Notes: generated by a model not told the origin, from the letters alone. Shown: positions 1-9,025, counted from the first letter of the stretch. The stretch is DNA of 34,635 nt from a virus (IMGVR_UViG_3300032253_000025:1-34635); one strand, 5' to 3'. A program made the numbers and translations.

Positions 1-127
1 TTTTTTTCATCGTATGTAAATTCATCCGAATAGTCTTTAGCTGTTTCCATTAATACGACTTTTGTCAAATACTTAACGCCTGCGATTACCTCACATTGCC
101 AGTTAATAATCGACTCTGAAGGATAGG
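1..127. repeat. 127-bp terminal direct repeat (left copy); assembly overlap of a circular contig
   Basis: Identical to 34509-34635; the portal ORF is continuous across the join; 127 is a common assembler k-mer size. Confidence 0.95.
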
Positions 128-629
128 GCAATAAACTTGCCTGCAAATTCAATGCCGATACTTCCGCTTGTGTTAGCCCCTCAGGTGCGTCCGGGTAATC
201 AACCAAAACGCCAAACCTGCCAGCATCCAACGTATCACCGGCAGCCATTCGCGCTAATTGCTCAAGCGATAGGCCGCCCCCTGTTGCGTTTTTGTTCATG
301 TATTCGAGCTGTACGGGTAGTTCGCTTTGCATGTCTTTTCTGAATACCATGCCAAGCATTCCGTCCTTAGTGTTTCCGGTAAAGTTGACAAAGTTCGCCC
401 GCAACCGATAAGCAATATAACGGTTCCTGTTTTCAAGGGTATTGTCTTCTGGATTCGGTGGCGGTAGATACCGCGTGCCCTCCATAGTGTACAGCGAAGC
501 GCCCGCCCCTGTTGCTGAGCCGCTGCCCGTCCGGGATTTAACCGCCTGCGCGCCTTCGACTACATCGCGCACTAATTCCCATTTTTTTAGATTGCGTTCA
601 TAGTCTTTGTGTTGTGTATTAACTGGCAT
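1..629 (-). CDS. Portal protein (DUF4055-like), 5' part; continues across the join to 33674 (about 487 aa in total)
   Basis: ATG at 629 just after the terL stop gives MPVNTQHKDYERNLKKWELVRDVVEG; in frame with ORF 33674..34576 (position 68 equals 34576, 629-68=561). Confidence 0.85.
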   Translation of the reverse strand, partial: MPVNTQHKDYERNLKKWELVRDVVEGAQAVKSRTGSGSATGAGASLYTMEGTRYLPPPNPEDNTLENRNRYIAYRLRANFVNFTGNTKDGMLGMVFRKDMQSELPVQLEYMNKNATGGGLSLEQLARMAAGDTLDAGRFGVLVDYPDAPEGLTQAEVSALNLQASLLPYPSESIINWQCEVIAGVKYLTKVVLMETAKDYSDEFTYDEK

Positions 630-633
630 AATG

Positions 634-1887
634 TCACCTTGCAAATTTTACGGGTAAAACAATTGCCGGTTTAATAACTGGCATTTCGAACGCTATGGGA
701 TATGTCCCAGCGTCGGGTAGATGGTCTAAATTGCTTTTCTTGTCCGGTGCCCCATTATCATCATAGGCTAATTGTTCCATACATTTCGCGTATTCCGGGC
801 ACATTGTATCATTAATTTTTAAAAATCCCTTGTTAAATGCCTGATTTGTTGCAATTACGCGGTCTTTAATGAATGGATTTGTACCGTTAGCATAAACCGC
901 AAACTTGGCATTTTCAAGGATACCGATATCGGACGTGGACGCGTTAACCGTTTTTCGGCTTGCTCCGGTTGCATCTGGATAGACTCGAATAGAGTGCCCG
1001 GGGTATCTATCCTTAATCGTTTCAACCATTACGGGCGTATCATAAACGCCCTTTAATTCGTCTACCGCGTGCCAGACCTTGCCGCGTAAAACATAAATAA
1101 CCGCGCTCATATTGGTTACATTAAAATCCATACCGATTCGTAATAGCTCGCCCGGTATGATCCTTTCATCTGATCGGTGCTTGATTCGATTGTAAGCATT
1201 AAACACCGTGCCACTGGTCAAGTTAACAAACTGGCCATCCAGGTAGGCCGATATTAGTTCGTCTGGGTATGTTTCAATCAGTGAGCCTATATAATCGTCG
1301 GGTAAATTCGCCTCGTTTTGATACGTTGACGCCTGGACAAGCCCGTAGCTTTTTGATGGCGATTCCTTAAACTTTTTATATACAAACTTGAATCCCTCCG
1401 GCGTGGTGGTCACGTCAATTCCGTTCTTTGAATCCATATTGCGCATTCTGGCTATAATTTTAGTCCATGCCTTTTCCGCTTTGTCGGTCTTCATTACGTC
1501 CATTTCATCAACCAACGCACGGCCGATCTTGAAGCCTATGATTGTTTCGGGTCGCTCCATTGATCGGCAAATAGTTGTCCCTCGATAGCGCCTGCCGCTG
1601 TAAAAGTGTACCTCTTTATTGCCTTCACGTATGGCAACATTCAGGCCCATACTGTGCGCCACCTCGTCAATTGTTGGGTAGAATATATCCCTGATCTGTG
1701 GATAAGTCGGGGCGAAATAACCTTGATTAACTTTTGGATGCTCCCAATAGTCGGCACATTGCGCCATTGAGCCAACCCATGTTTTGCCCGATCCAAACCC
1801 GGCCACAAACGCCCTGAATTTGTGCGGCAAGGCCAAAAACTCACCCTGAGGCTTGTTCGCGCTAACTTTTAGGCTTGCTGGCATCAT
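634..1887 (-). CDS. terL: Terminase large subunit
   Basis: Walker A AGFGSGKT, APTYPQ, Walker B ALVDE, TTTPEG, nuclease GMDFN and DHLPDA; start likely ATG 1887 or 1884. Confidence 0.95.
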   Translation of the reverse strand: MMPASLKVSANKPQGEFLALPHKFRAFVAGFGSGKTWVGSMAQCADYWEHPKVNQGYFAPTYPQIRDIFYPTIDEVAHSMGLNVAIREGNKEVHFYSGRRYRGTTICRSMERPETIIGFKIGRALVDEMDVMKTDKAEKAWTKIIARMRNMDSKNGIDVTTTPEGFKFVYKKFKESPSKSYGLVQASTYQNEANLPDDYIGSLIETYPDELISAYLDGQFVNLTSGTVFNAYNRIKHRSDERIIPGELLRIGMDFNVTNMSAVIYVLRGKVWHAVDELKGVYDTPVMVETIKDRYPGHSIRVYPDATGASRKTVNASTSDIGILENAKFAVYANGTNPFIKDRVIATNQAFNKGFLKINDTMCPEYAKCMEQLAYDDNGAPDKKSNLDHLPDAGTYPIAFEMPVIKPAIVLPVKFAR

Positions 1888-2314
1888 TAATCTCAATTGT
1901 TACGCTGACCGGTTCAACCGCTTCGCCGTCGTCAAAATCACCGTCTACGGCCTTGCGCGGCTGCCAGTTATCAGGATCGCGATTATATAACCAGGTTTCA
2001 CAGGCTTTCACATCCGGCGGGTAGTGCTTAACTATTTTTGTTTTTTGCACGTCGCCTTTATAGTTTGTTACCTTTGTTTCTTTGTGCTTGCAGCCGACCG
2101 CCCGGCTGTATAATGCTTCTTTCACCCGTGCGTTTTTGTCTTTCATGGCCACGGCGAAACAGGCATCAAACGACTTGTTTCGCTCACGCCATTTTTTTAA
2201 TGTGGTGGTGGTAATGCCGAAAAACTGTGCAATCTGGGTAATGTTCGCCCCAAATGAAATTAATTGCTTAACTTCTGCATCACGCGCTTTTGAGTATCTT
2301 GAGCGGGCGCCCAT
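1862..2314 (-). CDS. terS: Terminase small subunit
   Basis: N-terminal HTH (ITQIAQFFGITTTTLKKW), ALYSRAVG and KHYPPDVKAC..WL.NR motifs; directly upstream of terL. Confidence 0.88.
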   Translation of the reverse strand: MGARSRYSKARDAEVKQLISFGANITQIAQFFGITTTTLKKWRERNKSFDACFAVAMKDKNARVKEALYSRAVGCKHKETKVTNYKGDVQKTKIVKHYPPDVKACETWLYNRDPDNWQPRKAVDGDFDDGEAVEPVSVTIEINDASKPKS

Positions 2315-2317
2315 CCA

Positions 2318-2644
2318 TCACCTGTGCTTAACTAAAAGGCTTTCGGTGCGCTCGTCAATCCTGGGGGTGCTGTTGTTTGTTGTGATCTTGCACGCGATAT
2401 CGTATATCTGCCCATGCGTACCGCCCGATAACCAAACCGTCACACTTGTGCCAGAATCGGTTATGGCCGAACTATCGACCGTGATCCCAGCGGGCGCGGT
2501 TACGGTAATGGCGGTTATAATCTCACTGTTTACCGTGTCCAACCAGTCAGACGTCGCCCCGGTTTGCCCATTTGTCAGCCCGGCCCAGTCAAATTTATAA
2601 TCTAACGTGGCGTCCGGGTCTTTTGGATCATCCCAACTGCTCAT
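2318..2644 (-). CDS. Putative fibre-adaptor virion protein
   Basis: KDPDATLDYKFDW...VWLSGG...Y.IACKITT pattern of a common phage beta-sandwich adaptor family. Confidence 0.6.
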   Translation of the reverse strand: MSSWDDPKDPDATLDYKFDWAGLTNGQTGATSDWLDTVNSEIITAITVTAPAGITVDSSAITDSGTSVTVWLSGGTHGQIYDIACKITTNNSTPRIDERTESLLVKHR

Positions 2645-2733
2645 AATTTACCACCTAGCCGACCAATTATAACCCCGCAAGAAAACGCAGCTATGAAAGA
2701 CAAAACATAAATAAGTGTATTTAATTCCGCCAC
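2641..2733 (-). CDS. Small membrane peptide (30 aa)
   Basis: GTG start overlaps the upstream TAG and its TGA overlaps the downstream ATG; MAELNTLIYVLSFIAAFSCGVIIGRLGGKL has one hydrophobic segment. Confidence 0.5.
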   Translation of the reverse strand: MAELNTLIYVLSFIAAFSCGVIIGRLGGKL

Positions 2734-3101
2734 TAGGTCGGGTCTGCTATTTCAACGTCCCACGCTGGGAACGATACAGTGTTTCCAGACGTTAACGCCT
2801 GGCTTGTGCATGTAGTCACATACAGCAATCGAGTAGCATCACAAAGCGCAATATGAGTTGCGGTTCCGCTTGCGTCAACGGCTTGTGTAGCCTTTGCTGC
2901 AACGGTTACCTTCCGCCCGCTTGTGTCGCCGTTCGCCTTTGTGTAATCAGTATTAGCTACCATAACCGCGTCTGATAGCGCGTAGGTTGTCACGGCTTCT
3001 GTTCTGGTTGTCGGCTCTGCACTGCAAGCCGTTTGTAAGGTGGCTTGGTCTAAAACATCAAACGCGCCATCTAATACATCATCGTGGACTGACTTGGCCA
3101 T
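2733..3101 (-). CDS. Putative fibre rod subunit / virion structural protein
   Basis: 122 aa, T/A-rich and beta-prone; ASGTATHIAL and LTSGNTVSFPAWDVEI motifs recur in phage fibre subunits. Confidence 0.6.
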   Translation of the reverse strand: MAKSVHDDVLDGAFDVLDQATLQTACSAEPTTRTEAVTTYALSDAVMVANTDYTKANGDTSGRKVTVAAKATQAVDASGTATHIALCDATRLLYVTTCTSQALTSGNTVSFPAWDVEIADPT

Positions 3102-3104
3102 TGG

Positions 3105-3326
3105 TTAAGCCTCCGTTACTGTTTGAGTGTGAACAGCGCCGCGCGTATCAAGAACAACGTGGCCGTCTTTCTGGCGCTCACCCGTGGCAACTGCTCCGCT
3201 CACGTCTTCGGCCCAGCCCAGCGAACAAAAATAAGTTCCCGTATCATCTGAAACGGTCCTGATTTCGTCTTTTAAAAAAACGTCTTTCCCATCAAGGATT
3301 TTTTCTTCAAGGATTTTTACTTGCAT
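3105..3326 (-). CDS. Hypothetical protein of the fibre module
   Basis: 73-aa ORF tightly packed in the operon. Confidence 0.65.
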   Translation of the reverse strand: MQVKILEEKILDGKDVFLKDEIRTVSDDTGTYFCSLGWAEDVSGAVATGERQKDGHVVLDTRGAVHTQTVTEA

Positions 3327-3327
3327 T

Positions 3328-4731
3328 TTAGTCCGCCTCTATAATCTTGTTTCTGTTTTCGGCAAGGATCGCCCGCACGCGCGATTCGCTGCCCACTATC
3401 ACTACACGGTTTTCTGATTCTACCACAAAAACGCGCCCAAATGGGGTTGGCAATCCGGTAACGTCCGGCGTAAGTGATACATTATCCGCTAAATGGGCGT
3501 GTAATGCGTCATTAATAACCAGCGTATGCGCTTGTGTCAGGTCGATATTATCGCCTAAATGCACATGCACTGCCTCATTTATAGCCAATACTTGGGCTTG
3601 AGTCAATATAATATTGTCTGCTGTGTGGCCATGCGCGCCGTCTGAAATGGCTAAAACATCGGCCAAACTTAGCACCACGTTATCGGATACCTGCCCATGC
3701 AGCGCGGCGTCGATGGCCAATAAATGCGCCTGAGTCAATGCCAAATTGTCGGCGCTGTGCCCGTGTAGTCCGTCCTGAATCGCCAGGCTGTGCGCTTGTG
3801 TTAGCGCCAAATTATCGGCGGAATGGCCGTGCGTGCCATCGCTTACAATTAATAGCTGCGACTGTGTGAGCGTCAAATTATCGGCAGCATGGCTGTGTAA
3901 TGCTTCATTAATGTTTAATAAATGCGCCTGCGTTAGTGATACATTACCGGCCGTGTGCCCGTGGGTTGCGTCCTGGGTTGTTAATGAATGGACTTGAGTC
4001 AATGCCAGGTTGTCCGCGCTGTGTCCGTGGGTTGCGCTTTGAATGGTTAACAGGGTATCTATTATTCCGGCGCTCGGAACCATAAACCCGCCGCCATCTG
4101 GCATATAAACAGCCGGATGATCGGAAGCCGCTGTAGTGCCTGATGCTGCCAGAGCTGTTGCCCCGGTTGTGCTGATTATATTGCCGCCTATGAAATTGTA
4201 ACAATCCCTGATAGTCGATAAAGGCGCAAAAAGTACAGGACTGACATTTGCATTAAAAGCCGCTTTCTGATCTGCTGTTGCTATCGTATTCAAAGCAACA
4301 AAATCAGCAAGTTTTCCGTTTAAAGCCGCGGTTCCATCATTGGCCTGTGCTACTGCTAACGTTCCACCCGTTACGCCTGAGTTATTGGTATAACTTGCGC
4401 TTTTTCGTGATGTTCCATTAACTTCAACGGTCAATAGATTCGTGCCTTGATCCCATGTGTATATAAAATTGTTCCACTGGCCAACATTTAAACCATGCGT
4501 AAAATTGCCCGTATTCTGACCAAACAAGTAAACGATCATAGTCGTAGCATTGTTAAATGCTATTTCGACACCATCACCGCCACCAGTTATGCCGAAAATC
4601 CAAACCGCAGACGATAACGAATCAGGCCAAACCCGAAACATCACCGACATCTGGTCTGTGTTGGACGTCATGTCCCATGCTGAACTGGCCGAGCTGTCGA
4701 TTAACCCGCCAGACGTGAAATCAATAGCCAT
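3328..4731 (-). CDS. Fibre-like protein: LamG/concanavalin-like N-domain, nine 22-aa His-containing repeats, ENR-type C-tail
   Basis: LNVGQWNNFIYTWD..VEVNG..LNGKLADF LamG pattern; repeats such as LAIQDGLHGHSADNLALTQAHL. Confidence 0.7.
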   Translation of the reverse strand: MAIDFTSGGLIDSSASSAWDMTSNTDQMSVMFRVWPDSLSSAVWIFGITGGGDGVEIAFNNATTMIVYLFGQNTGNFTHGLNVGQWNNFIYTWDQGTNLLTVEVNGTSRKSASYTNNSGVTGGTLAVAQANDGTAALNGKLADFVALNTIATADQKAAFNANVSPVLFAPLSTIRDCYNFIGGNIISTTGATALAASGTTAASDHPAVYMPDGGGFMVPSAGIIDTLLTIQSATHGHSADNLALTQVHSLTTQDATHGHTAGNVSLTQAHLLNINEALHSHAADNLTLTQSQLLIVSDGTHGHSADNLALTQAHSLAIQDGLHGHSADNLALTQAHLLAIDAALHGQVSDNVVLSLADVLAISDGAHGHTADNIILTQAQVLAINEAVHVHLGDNIDLTQAHTLVINDALHAHLADNVSLTPDVTGLPTPFGRVFVVESENRVVIVGSESRVRAILAENRNKIIEAD

Positions 4732-5222
4732 TAAGTTTCCTTGATTTCAAGCCCGATTAACTCTGCGTCACCTGTCGCCGTGTCGCTTGCTGCATCACGT
4801 GTTATTTTGAGCCTAAATCTTTCACCGACTGCCACACTGTCCATCTGTGCGCCGTCAGTAAATGCAATTGATACAATATCAACAAGGCCGCTTGTAGCTG
4901 GGACCGTTGTATTGTCTACGCTCTGAACCGTTGCGAAGCTATCCGCGTCTATATCAAGCTGCTGATCGCCGATACGCTCAAACGCCACATCCCAATCAAT
5001 ATCGCCGGAAGTTGCCGTACTCATCGCATAATGGATATAAACCGTAACACCACCGCCGCCATAATGTCGGGGCATAATTGCAGGAAATACCGCGCTTTCG
5101 TTTGTTGTTGCATCAAAATCAAGTACTAAATGCCCATTCCTGACGTCAATTGTCGCGCCGTTTGTTGCTACTGGCTCATGACTTTGGGGAACAAAATATA
5201 ATAAACTATCGCCGGTTGCCAT
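4731..5222 (-). CDS. Putative virion protein (acidic, beta-rich)
   Basis: 163-aa ORF translationally coupled to the repeat protein. Confidence 0.6.
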   Translation of the reverse strand: MATGDSLLYFVPQSHEPVATNGATIDVRNGHLVLDFDATTNESAVFPAIMPRHYGGGGVTVYIHYAMSTATSGDIDWDVAFERIGDQQLDIDADSFATVQSVDNTTVPATSGLVDIVSIAFTDGAQMDSVAVGERFRLKITRDAASDTATGDAELIGLEIKET

Positions 5223-5477
5223 TTATGCCACCCTGAATCGTTGTTTAATCACAAAAACCAATAGTCTGGCTTTTTGCTTTGCTGTTAATGAACCACGTGC
5301 CGGTTGTGGAATGGCTTGATTAACTGCGGCTGCGTTTGCTTCTAACCAATCGTCCAGACCATCGACCGCCGCCCTTAAATCAGCTTTTGTCAGGTCGAGC
5401 GGGTCACGGACGCTTGAACTTTCATCCATGAACTCTTTCCATAGCTGTATTCGGTCTACATTGCTTAGTATAGCCAT
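5223..5477 (-). CDS. Hypothetical helical protein
   Basis: Likely start ATG 5477 (MAILSN) after GAGG; 84 aa. Confidence 0.65.
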   Translation of the reverse strand: MAILSNVDRIQLWKEFMDESSSVRDPLDLTKADLRAAVDGLDDWLEANAAAVNQAIPQPARGSLTAKQKARLLVFVIKQRFRVA

Positions 5478-5478
5478 A

Positions 5479-5949
5479 TTATTTAACCTCGACCCATGCC
5501 CGGGTTGGCTTATCAAATATCAATTCTGGAGCCGGAGCCGGAGCCGGTGCGGGAGCCGCATCGGTTATCGTTCGCGCTAATTCATTGGAACACCCGCTGT
5601 TATTGACCGAGAATCGAAAATACCAAGTTCCCGCGCTCAATTGTGATAAATCGGCAGTGCTTTTCAAAAACGTATCGGGAGCGGTAAAGGTGTTATTTAA
5701 TACCACTATCCTATTTTCTGAACCCCCACAAGCGAACCCCTGAGCCTGTGAATAATGCAGCGTATATGCCATCAACGTTCCAGCCGGTATGCCTGTGCCG
5801 TCGGTATAGCCCGCTGGAGATCGAAAAGAAACGCCCGCCGCACTATTTGCCGGATTTGCTGCGCTGGCTAATGAACTCATACAGAGCAACAATGTTAATA
5901 AAAAAAGCAACAATGTTAATAAAAAAACTTTAATTTCTGTGGTTCCCAT
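5479..5949 (-). CDS. Exported fibronectin-III-like protein
   Basis: Signal peptide ending ASA-A; P...TDGT..Y.L.Y and GTWYF...SNE FN3-like motifs; PAPAPAPAP linker. Confidence 0.55.
   Translation of the reverse strand: MGTTEIKVFLLTLLLFLLTLLLCMSSLASAANPANSAAGVSFRSPAGYTDGTGIPAGTLMAYTLHYSQAQGFACGGSENRIVVLNNTFTAPDTFLKSTADLSQLSAGTWYFRFSVNNSGCSNELARTITDAAPAPAPAPAPELIFDKPTRAWVEVK
5885..5926. repeat. Perfect 21-bp tandem duplication
   Basis: agcaacaatgttaataaaaaa x2, encoding FLLTLLL twice in the signal peptide. Confidence 0.9.
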
Positions 5950-6085
5950 TTCGTTTCCTCTTGTGCAGCGGTGGCAATAGTTTCTCTCTCATAAACCCGC
6001 GATCCAGGCCACCTGGAACAACATTCTTGCGCGTTGTCATAAACTCATACAGCGGGCATTTTGTAAAAGTATCGCGCTTTTTCAT
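5930..6085 (-). CDS. Small basic hypothetical protein (51 aa)
   Basis: Manual translation MKKRDTFTKCPLYEF...; fills the operon gap. Confidence 0.35.
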   Translation of the reverse strand: MKKRDTFTKCPLYEFMTTRKNVVPGGLDRGFMREKLLPPLHKRKRNGNHRN

Positions 6086-6115
6086 ACAGTAGGCCAAATG
6101 ATAACACAAAATAGC

Positions 6116-6283
6116 CTATTTGCCATTTGATAATTCCGCCTTGATGTTTCTTGCCAGCGCGGCGCAATCGTCCAGCTTATAGCACGCCACATCATCCGAC
6201 ATCCTGCAATCGGCTTGAAGCGCCAAAACCTTATCGGCTAAAACCAGCGCCACTTTTAAAACTTCATCTTTTTTGTGCAACAT
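6116..6283 (-). CDS. Hypothetical protein
   Basis: Likely start MLHKKDE at 6283 after AAGG. Confidence 0.5.
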   Translation of the reverse strand: MLHKKDEVLKVALVLADKVLALQADCRMSDDVACYKLDDCAALARNIKAELSNGK

Positions 6284-6347
6284 AATAAATCGCCTTTTTT
6301 TAAAAAGTGTAAAGAATCCCGACATTGCATTTTGCAATTATTCAATA

Positions 6348-6659
6348 TGTCATGACACCTTGACAGGTTCATTGACAGGTATAGGTTATTGATATTAATA
6401 ATATTATATATATATTTATATATATATGTCATATATATATATATGTATCTATATATATCTTATATATCTTATATATACACTGTATAGAGTATTTTAATGA
6501 CAAAAAGCCCCAAAAAGGAGCTTTTTCTATAAAAATCAATAACCTTAACTTGTCAAGGAACCTGTCAAAACATCTTGACAGGTTGGACATAATGGAGGGG
6601 GTAAAAACGTGCTTTTCTTTAACTATCAATAGCTTATACCTGTCATTGGGTTATGTCAA
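6348..6659. other. Putative replication origin: TGACA(GGT) iterons, 34-bp inverted repeat and central (TA)n tract
   Basis: 6360-6393 versus 6535-6568 inverted, 30/34 match; partial third copy 6625-6645; TA-alternating tract about 6394-6477; adjacent to the primase-helicase stop. Confidence 0.7.
6502..6526 (-). terminator. Rho-independent terminator candidate downstream of the primase gene
   Basis: Minus strand AAAAAGCTCC-TTTTT-GGGGC-TTTTT. Confidence 0.5.
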
Positions 6660-8862
6660 GGGCATAATAAGTAATTTTTGCCGGACCGTGTGCTTTTTTG
6701 GTCGATAATGACTCGATTTGCCCGGCTTCTATAAGTGTTTGTACTATTTCCTCGCGTAGCTGCTTTCTAATGTTCTGCATTCGGCGTGTCAGATCGCGGC
6801 GCGTCATGCCATTCGATCCGGCATCTTGTATCATGTTTAATACTTTTTTATGCTCGCCTTCTATCTCACTGTCAGCAATATAGCGCCCAGCCTGATGGAA
6901 TAGCGTCTGAGCGCACCACAGCGCCACGCCCTGCGCCCATTCCCACGCATCGGCATCAATACGGGGGGCTTCAAAGTTAACGCTGACAGCGTATGTCAGA
7001 GCCAGTTTAATGGCGTTTTCATGGACACGACTATAAATAGCCTCGGACGCCTGGCAAGTTCCTGCGGCATCCATTTCAAGCTGAAATTGATACATGGCAT
7101 CGGCCACCAGGTTATCGACGGGAACCTTTAGCGGTTCAATGGCATCAATTTCGCCGCCCGCGTTTTTTATGTTACCGCCGCCGGGGGTGAAGTCTGCAAG
7201 CGCTCGGATTCTATCGACTAGCTCAGGTGGTGGTGGTGTTATTTCCATATTGCGAGCGGGTACGGGTCTTTCATCGCCTGCATCAATAACTAACATTCTG
7301 TTTAACGTCCCGTCCAGGGCGTGTGCGCTGGTTAACGCCGCCCAGAATTGTACCGGTGTACTGGTTCCATATAAGCAAACGTGGGGGTTATAGATTACCC
7401 GGCGCTGGTTGTTTTTAGTGTCAGCATATTCTGTGCCCAGAAAAACCCCGCCCGCCTGGCTGTAAAGCGTCAATAGCATGCTTATGATATCTTTTTGGTG
7501 GCTGGACGCTTTGTTATTTGTGACCGCCTGCAAGGATAGGCCGAATTCGTCCAGCATATAAACCTTAGCCGGTTGAATAGCCAGATTTGAAGCGATGGCC
7601 GACCCGGAGGCAATGCGATCCGCGCCTAAATAATCCTGAACGCCAGCATAAACCGCTAATTGTTGAATGGCGGACCGGGCGCGATCTTTGCCCGCTCCAG
7701 ACTTGGCAAGTCCGACAAAATATAAATTTGTTCGCAAATTGGTAGGGCTGGCATACTTTCTGCCCGCAATAGCGCCCACGAATGAGGCGGCAGCGGCAAC
7801 GGCTAGTTTCGGCTGTGCCCGAACAGACGTTTTGAGAATCCAGCGGGCAATATCACCGATCAATCCAGAATTGGGTATTATATTGTCTGGCGGAAGTGGT
7901 TTTGACATGCGGGGCTTGCGTGCAAGGGCTATTTTTATCTTTTTCTTGTGCGCATTCAGGAAAACGGCAGCGACTTCCGCGCCGTGGTCTATGTCTGGAT
8001 CGTTCCAGCCGTGTTCAACGGCAATGCGGCGAATGGTATCAACCGTTACGGGGTTGGATACTGCGTGGCCACGACGGGACCAGTTTCGCCATTCACGGCG
8101 CACGGCTTCCGCGTCATATTTAAACGATGTACTCGACCACCAATCGAAAACGCTATAGCCGTCTTCGGGGTCTGTGTAATGAATAGCCATGCCAACATCA
8201 CGCCAGATTGTATAATTATCGGCGGGAATAGCTGTCAGCATATCAAGGATGTTATACGGCAAAAAGCCGTCGGGATTCCATTCAGGGGGGGAAATCGCGG
8301 CATCTGATAGCCCCTGCCCGCGTATTTCATCCAGAAACCACAAGGGGGCGTCTGCTATGGGGTGTCCTTCCAGCGGATCGCTTGAACCCTCCCACTCATA
8401 TGAGCGGCCGGATTTGTGAATAGATGGGGGCGCGATAATATATCCGCCATCGGCGCGGCTATCTATTGGCTCGCCGAAAAGGTGCGTTTTGGTTAAAAAT
8501 CTAATTTCCTCGTCCGGGCGATTGAATAAAATATGGCGACCGCCGCCACCTGTGATGGCTTCAACGGTATCAGGGACATACTTCATTGATACAAAATCTT
8601 CGCCCCCGTCGTCGATATCTAAAACAACCAGGCCGGATTCCTTGCCGGTTGCTATAGCTATATTCGCGTCCGGCCATATTGACCACCAGTTTTTAATTGT
8701 TTGTTCGTCTGTGGTGGCAGTATTGCGCCCGTGGCTGGTTCTGGGGTGCTTGCCGGGGCTTTTACAGTTTTTGCGTGAACAGGTGCAATAACCATCTTTT
8801 ATTGAATGACACGGAAACACAGGCCACCCGCGCGCGGCATATAACAGGGCAGTTTCAAGCAT
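6643..8862 (-). CDS. Bifunctional primase-polymerase (Prim-Pol) with PriCT-2 and C-terminal DUF3987-like helicase
   Basis: GWPVFP, GKHP, ANIAIATG, LVVLDID, TGGGGRH, GGYIIAPPS.H; W.DVGMAIH; Walker A AKSGAGKD and Walker B YMLDE. Confidence 0.9.
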   Translation of the reverse strand: MLETALLYAARGWPVFPCHSIKDGYCTCSRKNCKSPGKHPRTSHGRNTATTDEQTIKNWWSIWPDANIAIATGKESGLVVLDIDDGGEDFVSMKYVPDTVEAITGGGGRHILFNRPDEEIRFLTKTHLFGEPIDSRADGGYIIAPPSIHKSGRSYEWEGSSDPLEGHPIADAPLWFLDEIRGQGLSDAAISPPEWNPDGFLPYNILDMLTAIPADNYTIWRDVGMAIHYTDPEDGYSVFDWWSSTSFKYDAEAVRREWRNWSRRGHAVSNPVTVDTIRRIAVEHGWNDPDIDHGAEVAAVFLNAHKKKIKIALARKPRMSKPLPPDNIIPNSGLIGDIARWILKTSVRAQPKLAVAAAASFVGAIAGRKYASPTNLRTNLYFVGLAKSGAGKDRARSAIQQLAVYAGVQDYLGADRIASGSAIASNLAIQPAKVYMLDEFGLSLQAVTNNKASSHQKDIISMLLTLYSQAGGVFLGTEYADTKNNQRRVIYNPHVCLYGTSTPVQFWAALTSAHALDGTLNRMLVIDAGDERPVPARNMEITPPPPELVDRIRALADFTPGGGNIKNAGGEIDAIEPLKVPVDNLVADAMYQFQLEMDAAGTCQASEAIYSRVHENAIKLALTYAVSVNFEAPRIDADAWEWAQGVALWCAQTLFHQAGRYIADSEIEGEHKKVLNMIQDAGSNGMTRRDLTRRMQNIRKQLREEIVQTLIEAGQIESLSTKKAHGPAKITYYALDITQ

Positions 8863-8878
8863 AGTTATTCCTTGATTA

Positions 8879-9025
8879 TTAGATTATGAAATAAGAGATA
8901 GCAACCCCGATGGCAATACACAGAATTCCCATAAATTCGGGCGGGATTTGTGCATAATAGGCTATAGTCGCCGCGAGAATACACGCAAGAAACCCCAGTA
9001 ATAATATAATAATTATTCTAATCAT
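8879..9025 (-). CDS. Small two-TM membrane protein (48 aa)
   Basis: Manual translation MIRIIIILLLGFLACILAATIAYYAQIPPEFMGILCIAIGVAISYFII, between the HTH and primase genes. Confidence 0.55.
   Translation of the reverse strand: MIRIIIILLLGFLACILAATIAYYAQIPPEFMGILCIAIGVAISYFII

Noticed and set aside
1697-1705. Perfect DnaA box (TGTGGATAA) inside terL
   Set aside because: Isolated and encodes the conserved TYPQ motif; one or two chance hits are expected in a genome this size
6429-6629. 66-aa ORF over the TA tract
   Set aside because: Low-complexity I/Y translation of the origin-like DNA
6698-8791. Plus-strand ORFs opposite the primase gene, and similar shadow ORFs opposite structural genes
   Set aside because: Antisense to well-supported genes with no recognisable motifs
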